A stretch of DNA of 64,000 nt, from NCBI GenBank assembly GCA_964016885.1, contig OZ024742.1, positions 299,212,001 through 299,276,000 on the forward strand, read 5' to 3'. The notes under the pieces are model-generated. The model made no database searches and was not told the DNA's origin. It saw nothing but the letters and a program-made list of their open reading frames with translations. This stretch comes from Eledone cirrhosa (Eukaryota). Made by a program: the position numbers and the translations under genes. Each line of letters opens with the position of its first letter. The first letter of the stretch is position 1. Positions 25,046 through 37,484 of this stretch are shown piece after piece.

Positions 25046-28000
25046 TACCACCCCACTCTCAAGAGCGTGAAACTAATAAACCTTTGTTCATACTGCCTCT
25101 CTGTTTTGTTCCCGTTCAATTTTTTATGTATGTATATTTATATATATACATGTGTATGTATGCATACTTACATGTGTATGTAGATTTATATATATATATA
25201 TAAATCTACATACATACATATATACATACATTTACGTATGTATATAGCTATGCATTTATACATTTGTATATATATATACATGCATTTATATTTAAGTATG
25301 TAAGGATGTTGATATGATCTATGTCTTCTTTTTTTGGGGTAAGGAGAACATTTTTGTCGCCACATTTTATTACCGATGGAGTTTAAATACCACACTTCTA
25401 GCTGACCAGGTTGTCAACTTCCTCAAACACTAACGCCGGCCTGTGTGTATATATATGTGTGTGTATGTATGTGTATATATGTGTGCGTGTATGTATGTAT
25501 GTGTGTGTATGTTCACCACCATTACTTCTTCTTGTCATTTCTGTTGAAGTAGTCCTTACTTTCATTCACTTTGATATCTTTTGATTTTCTTTTATTTCCC
25601 TAGGGAATTCGTTGACAAGCTTCTTTAATTTATTTTTCTTTGTTTTCTTCATTCAAATCACTAACTGTCTAAGAGACGTACAAATATGGCTTATAAAGCT
25701 TATCAAACTAAAAGGGCCTCTAGCGCCCACAATTTTTTCAAACGCCCCCTTACTGCATAACCCCCCCCCCCTCTAACGCCCCCTCACTGCATAACGCCCC
25801 CCCCCCCCCTGTTTAGAACCATTAATTTAGAAAAACCTGTTTTGAAATTAAGCTCCAATTTCTGAAAATAGAGTGCAGTCCTGCAAAAGGTTCCACCATT
25901 ATTACAATCGTCTCTTATTTGGACTCCACTTAGATACTCTCAGTTCGTTTGCTTTATATCTTATCATCTTTGTTATGTCCAACCAGCCATGTCTCGTACT
26001 AACCACTGTGCTCAGTCTTCCCGCCCAGAACGTGGGTTCCCAATTGACTAGACAGACACAACAATTTAAAGAAGTCAGGATCTTTAAAGGCCACGAACTC
26101 TGCCCTCTCCCACAGACCTACATAATGAAAAAAGGTTAGCATGTTCGAAGGAACAGAAACTATTTTAGGTAGTAGAACATAAACTATTGAGGTAGTGAGG
26201 GTAAACTCCCCTTGCCAATGGTCTCGCATTTGTGGAGTGATAGGGAATATCATTGTTGCTGTTATTTACGTTCAAAGTCAGTTCTGTCCGAGTAAACTTA
26301 TACTCAAAGACGTTCCATGATGACAAATCCATATTTTTCAAATTTATCAACGACTAAGGCGTGCAGTGGGTTTACGCCCTTTCTAACGCCAGGATGTGAT
26401 ATGATGGAGATTTAACTGCTATTTCTAGCACTCTAATTGACTACGTGTATGCTTTCACATTGATCAGTATGTTAGCGATTAGTATGTTTTGTGTGAGGAA
26501 ATTGTGTTAGTCTATTATTCCAGTTCTTTAATATATTTGAATATACAACTTAATATCTTTCTTGTGTCTACAGTTGTTGCTACATTATAGAATAGTTCCC
26601 GCCTCTATGCATACCCCGCCCTCTTCCTTGATCAATATATACTTTCTACACCTCGAGGTTGGGGCTGTTACGTGCTGTTTCAGAACGAATTATCTTCTAG
26701 CTCTATGAAGATAAATTTAATTTGTATACAATTTTGACAAGGTGAGAAAAGGTGCAGGGAAGAGAGTAAATCAGAGTTACAAACAGATGCATAAATAGAC
26801 TTTTACTTATAGGGAGACAATCCTATGAGAGCGTTAAAACTTTCTTGATGTATTTCCAGTAAATACATTTTGATACTTTCAGAGAATATATCAATCTATT
26901 AATTTGTAATTATAAAAGAATCAATATTTGACCTAACAATTATGATTCCCTATAATCCAAAGTTTTCATATAACTTTATATCCTTGATTGACTCGATGAC
27001 ATTGCCTGTTCAATCGATACCAATTTCATCATCTAAGTAATCACGGCACGAAATCACATGAGAGAATTATCTGCTGACATAATTCAAACATTACATTCAA
27101 ATGTTAAATATTTATGGACAGCACAGCGTTGTACCTACATTGCATTCATCTTAGAATACATTCACACTATTACGTCTCTTAATACAAATTCACTTCGTTA
27201 ATATTCCATGTATAAATGGAAATATAACGACCCCCTTGCTATATCCGGTCTGACAATGAAGTGAGAAGAATATTTACAAGCGACCTGCCTGCTAACATTA
27301 TATCTCGTAGATCGTAGATTTAAATCCAAAATCTTTTATTATTTTTACCTTATAACACAATCGCTACGTGCTAAAACTACAATGGCTCATTTAGTTGATA
27401 ATTGTAAGCAAATATCTGCTACTTCTTTCCCAATGTAAAATGCTTTATTTTTTATCACGGGAAAGTTTGTATTTCAGTCAATTATAGAAAGTTTTATTAA
27501 ACTGTGATATCTTATGGTATAGCAATGCGCATCTCCGACATCCGTACTCTAACCGGTTGCCTAGTTGCATCTGATGGTAATGCCATTCCTGTGTTCCTGA
27601 TTTAGAATACTACAGCGGCGGTAATATCAATTTGTTGACCGAGCAAAGTATATAAAAGTAATTTCATTACGTTTTTAACTGTATGGTCTCGTTAGAGGAA
27701 TTAATGATTTATTCATGTTATATATTTGTTCTCTTTAGAGAAGGAGGTGAAATACGCCATGACCATTCCCAGTGTGTTCAACATTGGTCAGTGTGAACCG
27801 TTTGCCGCATGGCGGTCTCCAATAAACGTGCCCAATAGCCTAATGATTAACCGGGTGACGGATTAATTTGACTACCCAGTTAGGCCACAACAGGATTTGA
27901 ACTGAGATCGTAATGAACTGGAACAAATATCGCAAGGCATCTCATCCGAAGCTGTATCAATTCGGGAATCCACGGTTCTGGACTTGTGTTTTATTGCATC

Positions 28001-28700
28001 GACCACAAAATGAATGCAAATTTGACCGTGACATGATTTAAACTCAAGACCGCTGAGAGCGAGAACCCATAACCCGATACATACACGAATGTAATTTAAC
28101 TGCCCACTCAATTTAGTTCTCGCTTAACCGATATGGATGATTTTCAGATGAATGTGCTTTAGCCTCACACATCACATTTTACAACCGCAATTAAGTAAGT
28201 CATTTTGTTGGAATTGAAATGTTAAGTGAAACGTTAATGTTTGAATAGAACTGGAATTGAATATATGAATTATTATTGGAATAATCCAATTTAGATAAAG
28301 TTTCAGTGAGCGTTCCAGAAGGTGAATAAAATCAGACTCGAAAAAGGCACATATAATTATAAGTGTACTATTAATGCCATCATACACAGTAACGATTTTT
28401 ATGTCTAAATATTCAGATGCTGTAACATTATCATAAATAAAAATATTGCATTAGCAGAAGTATATATACACACAAATAACCATGGTCACGCAACACACGC
28501 GAAAATTGGTTATATCAAGTAATGCCTGGGCTTGACGCTTTTTACAGTGAGGAAAGGCCTTGCACTGGGTCAACCCCAATGTAAACAATTGTGTCAAGTA
28601 TCTAAACTGGAAAGGCCAACATCATTGGTTGCCATCGTGCCGCAGGTTTTACATCAGAATTTTCCTTCTCCTAGAATGATATCCAAAACGTACATACATA

Positions 28701-29740
28701 CATGGTGGCTGCCAACTCGTTTTCGAGTACGGCCACTACCTTATATCCATGTAGGAGAACCCCTACCGATGCGCTGAACGAGTGTGTCTTTTTAGTCCAG
28801 CCAGCGACTTGAAAACTCTGGTACAAACACTACACTTGTGACAATTATTGACACATAGTGCTGGGCCCATGGTACCATGTGATGACAAGTGCAGAGAGAT
28901 CTCCAGATATAAAGCAATGCCTGTGCCGTGAAGCTTTTATAGTGAGCAAAGGCACTGCACAAAGCCAGTCCCACTCTCTTAACCAAGATGATATTTACCA
29001 AAAAGAAGAACAAGTCAACATCATTGGATACCATCAGGGTTGCAGGTGTTATACATACATACATACATACATACATACATACATACATACATACATACAT
29101 ACATACATACATACATACATACATACATACATGGTGGCTGCCAACTCGTTTTTGAGTACGGCCACCGCTTTATATCCATGTAGGAGAACCCTTACCGATG
29201 CGCTGAACGAGTGTGACTTTTTAGTCCAGCCAGCGACTTGAAAACTCTGGTACAAACACTACACTTGTGACAATTATTGACACATAGTGCTGGGCCGATG
29301 GTACCATGTAACGACAAGTGCAGAGAGATCTCCAGATATAAAGCAATGCCTGTGCCGTGAAGCTTTTATAGTGAGCAAAGGCACTGCACAAAGCCAGTCC
29401 CACTCTGTTAACCAAGATGATATTTACCAAAAAGAAGAACAAGTCAACATCATTGGATACCATCAGGGTTGCAGGTGTTATATCAGAGTTTTCCTTCTCC
29501 TAGAATTCTGCCTTGACAAAGGCTAAGGGGTCATCTCTCCCGGTGATTTTGGATGGCCATTGACTCTTAAGAGCTCCTTTGCCCTTTGACAGGTTTTGTT
29601 TTTAGTCCTGCAGGATGTCCAAAGTCACCCTCCTCACCAAGAAACCTTGGTGGGGTTGCCAGTTTAGTCACCAACGACCCGACCATGAGACAGGTTGTAC
29701 TGGGATACATGTTACCAGTAGCACCAACTGGTGACCTGAC
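28701..29740 (-). mobile_element. Tandem of a truncated (28701..29050) and a full (29131..29740) ~610-bp non-coding LINE-derived element in (TACA)n
   Basis: Near-identical to the reverse complement of 57308..57917. Contains CTAGGAGAAGGAAAACTCTGA, a motif typical of non-LTR 5' UTRs. A diverged relative lies at ~28500..28680. Confidence 0.75.
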
Positions 29741-29769
29741 ATACATACATACATACATACATACATACA

Positions 29770-29801
<32 letters not shown>

Positions 29802-30956
29802 AGTATACATACACAGTTGTACTTGATTATCAATTTCCCTAACTCGAACGCAAACATTAAATTTGTGGGGTAGAAGGCTAGGGAGTGAATTTAAGCCGAT
29901 TTACCGACTGGTGTATTTTGGTGGTGCAGTCTAAGTTGGCAACATAAAGAACATAAAACCGCCTCCCTTGTGAGAGCAGTACTCTATTGTGGGCTTCCCT
30001 TTGTTTTGTAGAGAATTATTAGTTGTTGGGTTTGAAGTATTCTCTAACTTAAAGAAAAGATCCAGTCGTTGATATGCGGTCATAGCTATGTTGTAGATAT
30101 GTTTTCTCGGAAGATATACATATATGTTTGGGGATTGTAAAGCTTAGTATTTGGAATGATCCCGAGATCTCGGTTGTGAGCTATTTTTGTTTAAGGAGGT
30201 AGAATTACGATGATGGTATCTTAAGATAAGCACTGCTGGTATGTCTTTGTTACTGAGAGAGATGACATTGTCATGATTACTTAAGAATACATTTTTTCTG
30301 TAAGTCCTGAAATATTTCCTCGTTAGCAACAGTGTACCTAGTTTCTGTCACGCAATGATAACCATTTTATATATGAGAGGGTCGCTTTGGTAAATCAGCT
30401 GTGAATTAATGGGAGATTTAGATGTTTATTTTTCTAGAAACAGTGTACCTAGTGACGCAATGTTAATAATTTTATATATGAGATGGTCGCCATAGGAAAT
30501 TAGTAGTGAAATAATGTGAACGTTAGTTGTTTATTTTTCATGAATACAGACAATGAGGTACAATGCTGTTTTGATGATACATGTGTAGATTGAGCTTTTG
30601 TACTGTTGAAAGAGACAAGATTGCAATTTCTCCATGGAAGAATAATTCAATTCCATTATACGTGGATGTAGCGTTGGGCTGGCGTAATAGTAGACCTCAG
30701 GCGGGGCATTCATATATAAGCATGGTTAAGTGGGAGTAAATGTTAACAGTAATAGTCAGTAATTTATAGTGATTTATCACACACAAAAAAGAAACTCGTA
30801 CATAAAACATTACTTATTGAGTCAATCTGCACAAATTAGCTATTCAGATCACAATCACTACACTATATATTTTTTTTTTATTTTCCGTATAGAGAAAAGA
30901 GATAATGAACTTGACATTTCTATCTTTCTGTAGCTCTGATAAATGAATATAGAGTG

Positions 30957-31047
<91 letters not shown>

Positions 31048-31141
31048 TCATTTATGTATGTTTATATATATATATTTATGTATGTTTATATATATATATA
31101 TCAGTGTACCTCTTGTATAATGCCTAAAACCAGTCAAAGGG

Positions 31142-31190
<49 letters not shown>

Positions 31191-31296
31191 TGACAGTATC
31201 TTTAGAGCATCAGACAAAACGCCGCGTGTTGCCATGTTAGCTCACCTGCAGAACAAGACACTTTGGTCCAAATCCTACGTGAATATCGAGCTGTAT

Positions 31297-31400
31297 AGGC
31301 GCGTGGCTGAGTGGTTAGAAAATTGGATTCGCAATCATCAGGTTGTGAGTTCGAGGTGATGCGTTATGTCCTTTGGCAAGTGACTTTATTTCATGTTACT
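31297..31400 (+). mobile_element. tRNA-derived SINE head
   Basis: GGCGCGTGGCTGAGTGGTTAG (A box)...GAGTTCGAG (B box)...TGTCCTTTGGCAAGTGACTTTA. Confidence 0.55.
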
Positions 31401-31996
31401 CAATCTACGTGGAGTTGCAACCGATAGAGAGTATTAGCAATTGGAAAGACTAATGGAAACATTGTTTCCCTGGTCCGATCGACTGTCGATAGGGCACTGA
31501 AATGTGTTATTTTCAGGAGTTGACGTCTGGTGCTGGTTAATATTCTAGCCTTCGTCCTTTATTTAACTATTTCGAACCTCGGTCTGGATATGGATTAACG
31601 TCGCCCATATAAGTAGATGCAAATCTCACTTCAGCATAGACCATCTATATCTGTTTATATTCCTTAATACTGATAGCAATCAGATTTCGCTATCCGGCTC
31701 TGCTTGTTGCAAGATTTTTCAATGTTTCGGTGTTGATATTCACCTTCCTAACTGTATCATTCAAGTAGACTTTAACCCCTTACTGTTTACAGTACTCTAT
31801 ATAAGCTATTGTATTTTTGAGGTAAAGGCTTTACCTTACATAATTATTTCACATAATATCGAATCTATGAGACTTTGATATTATTTATTTTGAGAACAAT
31901 AATTTAAAATCAGTATGAGTGGTCAGTTACAGCTGGTTTGAACAGAAATAGGTGAGAGAATTCTGGCTGGATACGATCGGTTTAAATGCTAAAGGG

Positions 31997-32240
31997 TTAA
32001 AGAGTTTGTGTGGTTTGTGCTACACGCCTTGGGACATCACTCCATACAATGTTTTTTTGTGGGGTGAAGGAGCTGCTTTCTTCTAAACGTTCTATGTGAA
32101 TTGATAAGCGGAGACGCTGTTTCGGGATCATGGATTCGATAGCTGCCAAACAGCCCATTGCAGCAAGATAGTATCTGGTGTATGAGACTTCCATGAGATC
32201 TTGAGGATGGAGTGTGTGCCACTCTCCATACCACTCTCTG
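31997..32240 (-). pseudogene. RTE-clade LINE fragment (post-RT region)
   Basis: SILKISWKSHTPDT...IESMIPKQRLRLSIHIERLEES reconstructed across frames. Confidence 0.6.
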
Positions 32241-33061
32241 TAAAATCCGCAACATCAACCTCTACCTTCCCCAAACATTTCTGCTCCTTTTGTTCCACAT
32301 GCCACCCTCTCCTCGCTCTTTCCATTCATTGAACCCTCAACCACTTCCTCTAGCGTTAATTTAGTAAGACTTTGTATTTCTGAACCCTGTATTTCTTTTG
32401 TTTTATTTATCAACTATATAAATACACACGCACACACACACAAACACACACATATATATATATATATGTGTATATATATAATTAAAGAGTTAGAGAGAGA
32501 CCGGGTGGAATAGATATACTCTTCAACTATCAATAACCACGCCAAGGATAACTCTCAATGGCTATAGTACCGTCTATGCGCAAAACTAGACTGATATAAT
32601 ATGTGTGAGTGTGTGTGTGTGTAGTTTTTGTATATCAATATGAATGTACACATTTCTGTTCATGTCTGATTGTAGTCTTTATCGGTGCCTAGCGGGTTTA
32701 ATTAATATGACTTCTCAGTATTGAAGTATAGTAGTTATTGTTGCCAAGAGATGATAATCTGTAGAGATCCACAAAATCTGAAGGGAATTCTATTGACTGC
32801 ACAATGCTGCGTATCTCTAGTCTTTGCTCAACTTGAATTGAAGGTTTCATTATGTCGCCCGTGTTGTAATTAATATAAACTGTATATTCATTTAGTACTT
32901 CTTCCTTTTCTCTTATATGATTCCATTCTCATGAGAAAATCCATATTCTTTATAGCAGCTCTTTATTCATAGCTATCTATTCATCTTTATACTATATTTA
33001 TAGTGAGTACACACATATATAGTCACACACATACACACACAGACCCACATATACACTCATG

Positions 33062-33120
<59 letters not shown>

Positions 33121-33989
33121 ATATATATATTAGGACATATGTACATTCATGCGATATGCTATATTTGTATCTTGCACGCAAAAGCCTACAATAATTTGCC
33201 TAATAAACCTGTTTAATATAGCTGGTTTGGTCACTAGATCTACCTGTCATAACTATGCTCAACATTTTTGTATTTGTATTAAAAGTGTAATCATATTTTC
33301 GTATCCGTTGCTTCCGCTTGTTTTCTTGTAAGACACTTGGTACAGGACCATTCGTACCGACGATGAGTTAGCCAGTTGCAGCCACAATAAAACTCATTCA
33401 AACCCTCAATCTATCTCACCATTTCCAATTTCACCATCATGTAAGCGTTCTATACTCTTCACCTCTTCATACACTGACGGCTTCTAACATCATGCATGCC
33501 GTCTCCCTCACGCGACACCTTCCTGGGCTAACTCTTATACTGGCCAAATAGTTTAGTCTTTACAAGAATATAACCCAATAGGTCATCTGTCCTATTTTCA
33601 AAGAGGTAAACTTTCTGACGCTGCAAAAATTCCTTGTTGCTATCACCAGCAAAATGTCGGTGTGAAGTATTTTATTACCTTATTTTACTGTCAGACATGC
33701 TGGGCTCTACCTTCGTGATTATGAATTGTATTGATTCTAGTATATATAGTATCGACATTTGTTCGATGCACTAACAATTCTGATATCTCCCAGTCATAAC
33801 AGAAACAGTAGGTTATGAAATTAGTTCTATATAATGGAAACATATCTACTAGAGCGATACTCTGCTACATAACAGTAACAGTTATCCACCCTTGAATCTA
33901 TTATAAAAGTAATGGTGTTCTATGTAATATAAGTAAAGCTTTCAGTAGTCTCTGGTTTGAGTCGACCCCGCTAGGAGACTAGTCCTTTA

Positions 33990-34748
33990 CATTGTCGGTT
34001 GGGGGGGGGGGGGCACTGCAGACGGACCTGCCCAAGATGCGCACAGAACGACGAAACCGTTCTGCACGCAATTGTCCAATGTGCGTGCATTACTGACTTG
34101 TGGAGTTATGTCGAACTGCTACTGTCTCGTGTGGATCGAATCCAGCTATCGGCCGAGTCCATAGTGAAGATCGACACGCCACCTCCCTTAGGTCAGGAAG
34201 AGCAGGAAATTTTCCTCTGTCTGGTGGCAGTTGCGAAAGAGGTTATATGGTGGACCAGATTAAAAGGACTAAAGACAGACACTTTTCTCTTCGGCCAATC
34301 CATCATCAACTTCTTCAAGTTTCACTTGGAAAGGAAGGTGAGGGCGGAGAGAGAAGTGCTGCCCCCCAGTACATTTGCTAAAAGGTGGGTGAATGTGGCG
34401 AGAATGGCTCGTGTGAATGGGCCTACTCTGACCATGCGCCTATAGGCTGGCTAACTTGAGGAGAGAGATGTGCTCTCCCTGGGTGCCCTAGAAGCGCAGG
34501 GTGGTTCAGGATTGGTGGGGCACCCGAGTCACCCCAGGGTCGTCCATGCCCTATCGGGGAATTTATTTTGTTGTATTTATGCATAGTTTATTTTATATTC
34601 TTACATCTTCATTGTTAAATTAGTCTTGCCATTGTGCACTTTTATTCGACCTTATTGTAAACCTCCACTGTCCCTGTCTTTGTATTGTCCCCTACATGTC
34701 GGCCCTTGTGGCTAATAAATGAAATTATTATTATTATTATTATTATTG
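33990..34748 (+). mobile_element. 5'-truncated Tx1-type LINE (C-terminal zinc-binding region plus 3' UTR)
   Basis: ORF 33999..34445 (CPRCAQNDETVLHAIVQC) is paralogous to the end of 38171..40429. AATAAA is followed by a (TTA)n tail. Confidence 0.85.
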
Positions 34749-34749
34749 T

Positions 34750-35072
34750 TCTTTGAGTCTCAGTCATTGATGTTAGTTAACTGGAAAATTTGTTGAAATT
34801 AATATCAAGCCACTACCTTCAGCCTCAGATATTCAGGACGTATCGGAGGGTTCTTGCTGTTCCCAGCAAGCATGCCTTTTGAAGCGTTCCAAAAAGCGGG
34901 GCGGGGCCAATTTTCTTTAACCATCCCTGGAAACCTTTTGAGATAGTACCTAGTGCGCCTATGACAATCGGGACCACTTTGACTTTATGGCAGTTCCAAA
35001 TCCTTTTTACCTCCCACTTTAAGTCCTGGTATCGGTTAATTTTCTTCCTCTCCTTCTCATGCACTCTCGTGT
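34750..35072 (-). mobile_element. R4/Dong-clade non-LTR 3' fragment (restriction-like endonuclease)
   Basis: EKERKKINRYQDLKWEVKRIW...VVPIVIGALG...LQKACLLGTARTLRYVL. Flanked by (TAA)n on both sides, the known Dong target. Confidence 0.85.
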
Positions 35073-35273
35073 CATTATTATTATTATTATTAAATGCCAT
35101 GGTTGACGGAGGCTCGGCTCTGTAAGGTATAGTAATTTTTAACCGCTATAACAATTGTAAATTGTTTAAAACTTTAACCAAATTGTAGACAAAAACACCC
35201 TCCTCCTCGTGAGAGGAGTATTTCTGCCCGTTATTTGGCCCTTCGGGGTTAAATAACCGCTTATTGGGGTTTT

Positions 35274-37450
35274 GTGCCCAATATTTATTTTAAACAAAAA
35301 AAAAACATGGCTACAAAAAAGATTTTTCACAAGTCACTCCCACTCATTCCGTCTTCTTCTTCCTCAATCGTCACTACATCAGAGAGAAGATTATCTCTCT
35401 CCCTCCCTTCTCTAAATGTGTCTCTCTCCCTCCCTTCTCTTTCGCAAGCGACGCCAGTAAAGAAAAAGAAATATATAGTTTCGGATAGTTTCCAAGAGCA
35501 CGTGCAAAACGTGAAACATTTCTCCACGACGACGTCAACGACGAAAAATGTTTGCGGTAAATACGGAAAGCCATTTCATTCGTCTGACGTCATAAATAAT
35601 AGCAGTAGCAGTCGTAATAACAGCAGCAGCAGCAGCAACAGTGAAAAGGAAAACAACAGTAGCAGCCGCAACAGCATCAGCAGCAGCATAACCAACAAAA
35701 GCATTAGCAGCAACAGCAACAACAACAGCAGCAGCAGCAGCAGCAACAACAACAACAACCACAGCAATAGCGGCGGCGGCAGTCGTAGTACCAGCAGCAA
35801 CAACAAAAGTAACAGCAGCTCTGACGACAACAACAACAACAACAAAGAAAAATCAATCTCATTTGCAGGTATCGCAAAGAAACTGGAAACCATCCTTATA
35901 ACAAATGAGGAATTACAGGAAGTAAAGAAGATGGTGACGAAAACCGGACACCGAGCAATCTGCAAGGCAGCCGAAAATTTTTTCGAAACCCAACACCACT
36001 GTACGGTCACGTACCGTACAGTAAGCACAAAATCCCGTAGGGTTGAAAGAGCCACAGAGGCTCAAATACAAAAAGCCTTAGGGTCTGTGTGGCAGCGGAA
36101 AACGCATATCACCCGAGGCAGGAAATATGCCACCGTGGACGTTCTTTTTGCCACACCCCAGGAGGCAAAGGCTCAATCCTTAGTGACCCTAAGGAGCGAG
36201 GAAATTGTGTTGGTGCCCTCCTACTGCGGACAAAAAATTGTGAGGGTTAAACTGACCCACGTCCACCCCGAGATGGCCCCTTCTTGGCTGGCCGCGTCTG
36301 TCCTCGTCGGAATCAAGGACAAAACAACTGTACTGCAAGTACAGAAAAAAGTAAGAGAAGATTGGGTAGGCACCTCCATTGAGATGTTAATCCAAACCAA
36401 CCAGGAGTGCATCGAAGCTATCCCAGATGTGATAGACTTCGATAACGGCACTCAAATGCCCATAAGTGTTGAGGGCAAACGCCCGAAATGCTTTCGCTGT
36501 GGATCGAAGACTCACCTCAGGGTCTTCTGCAATGAGAAGACCCCGAGAAAGGAGAAAACCCCCCTCCTTCCGAAACCGGCTCCACTGCTACCAGCAACAG
36601 GACAGGCGGCAACCAGGATGGATAGGTCCGTGGCACCCATACCCACGCCAATGAAATCAAGAACAGCAGCAGCAGTGGAAGTATTAACAACAACAACAGC
36701 AATACCAACTGCAGCTGCAACAGAGACTCCACTGCAAACATCACCAACAACAACAAATGAAAGAGTGGAGCTGGTACCCTCCAGAATCGGACATGGAGTG
36801 TGAGGTGGGAGAGGGATGGCAAAAGGTTGCAAGAAGGCACAAACGCAGAAGCAGCGCATCGTCGCCTTCGAAAAGGGAGGAAAGAAATGAAAAAAGGGTA
36901 AAGGCTACTGCGAAGAATCTTACAGCAGCAACACCACCAACACCATCACCACCCACACTAGCACCACCATCACCACCGGCGGCAAACCGACCGCAAACAA
37001 CAACACCTTCAATACCACCACCACAAGCACCAACATCTCAAACACAACAACAAAACACACACACCCTGGAACAACGACAAGAAAATAGGAGAACCACACC
37101 CCACCCCCAGAAAAGCAATAAATACACACAACAAGAAACTAATTACTTACATAATTGAACACACAGACATTTCCCAGCACGACTACATAATACCAGCACC
37201 AATCAAAACACCAACGAACATATGACTGGTAAGAATAGCACAGAAGCAATACACAAACATTAAAACGAAATTCCCCAACGCAGTTGGTGATTTCAGAGAC
37301 CTAGGAGGGACACTCAACCGGAGAATATATTCGGATATACTCACAAAAGAGCCGAAAATTAGCCGAAGGGACGATTCAACGGTCCCTTCACCAGACGATC
37401 AAGTGAAAATGGATGGAGAAACCATCCTTCCTCTACGAGAAGTAAGGTAA
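35274..37450 (+). pseudogene. Tx1-type ORF1 (Ser/Asn-rich N-terminus, CCHC zinc knuckle, Pro/Thr-rich tail), frameshifted near 36760
   Basis: ORFs 35274..36803 and 36757..37158; motif RPKCFRCGSKTHLRVFC. Confidence 0.8.
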
Positions 37451-37484
37451 GTGTTCTTTCCCATCTTTTCCACTCCATTTCAAC

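Larger units (their letters stand above)
19898..25824. mobile_element. Putative old non-autonomous hAT (Charlie-like) element inflated by nested insertions
   Basis: Imperfect TIRs CAAAGGTTTTCAAC (19898) and GTTTAGAACCATTA (25811..25824). 8-bp flanks ATTTAGAG and ATTTAGAA. Subterminal AACGCCCCC motifs at both ends. Confidence 0.5.

Noticed and set aside
30328-30520. ~110-bp tandem duplication (similar cases at 51570..51645 and 53850..54120)
   Set aside because: Ordinary local duplications with no further structure.
31297-31360. tRNA gene
   Set aside because: A and B boxes are present but there is no acceptor stem; the sequence continues into a SINE body.
35576-36055. Leu-rich 159-aa minus-strand ORF
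   Set aside because: Antisense shadow of the (AGC/AAC)n tract in Tx1 ORF1.
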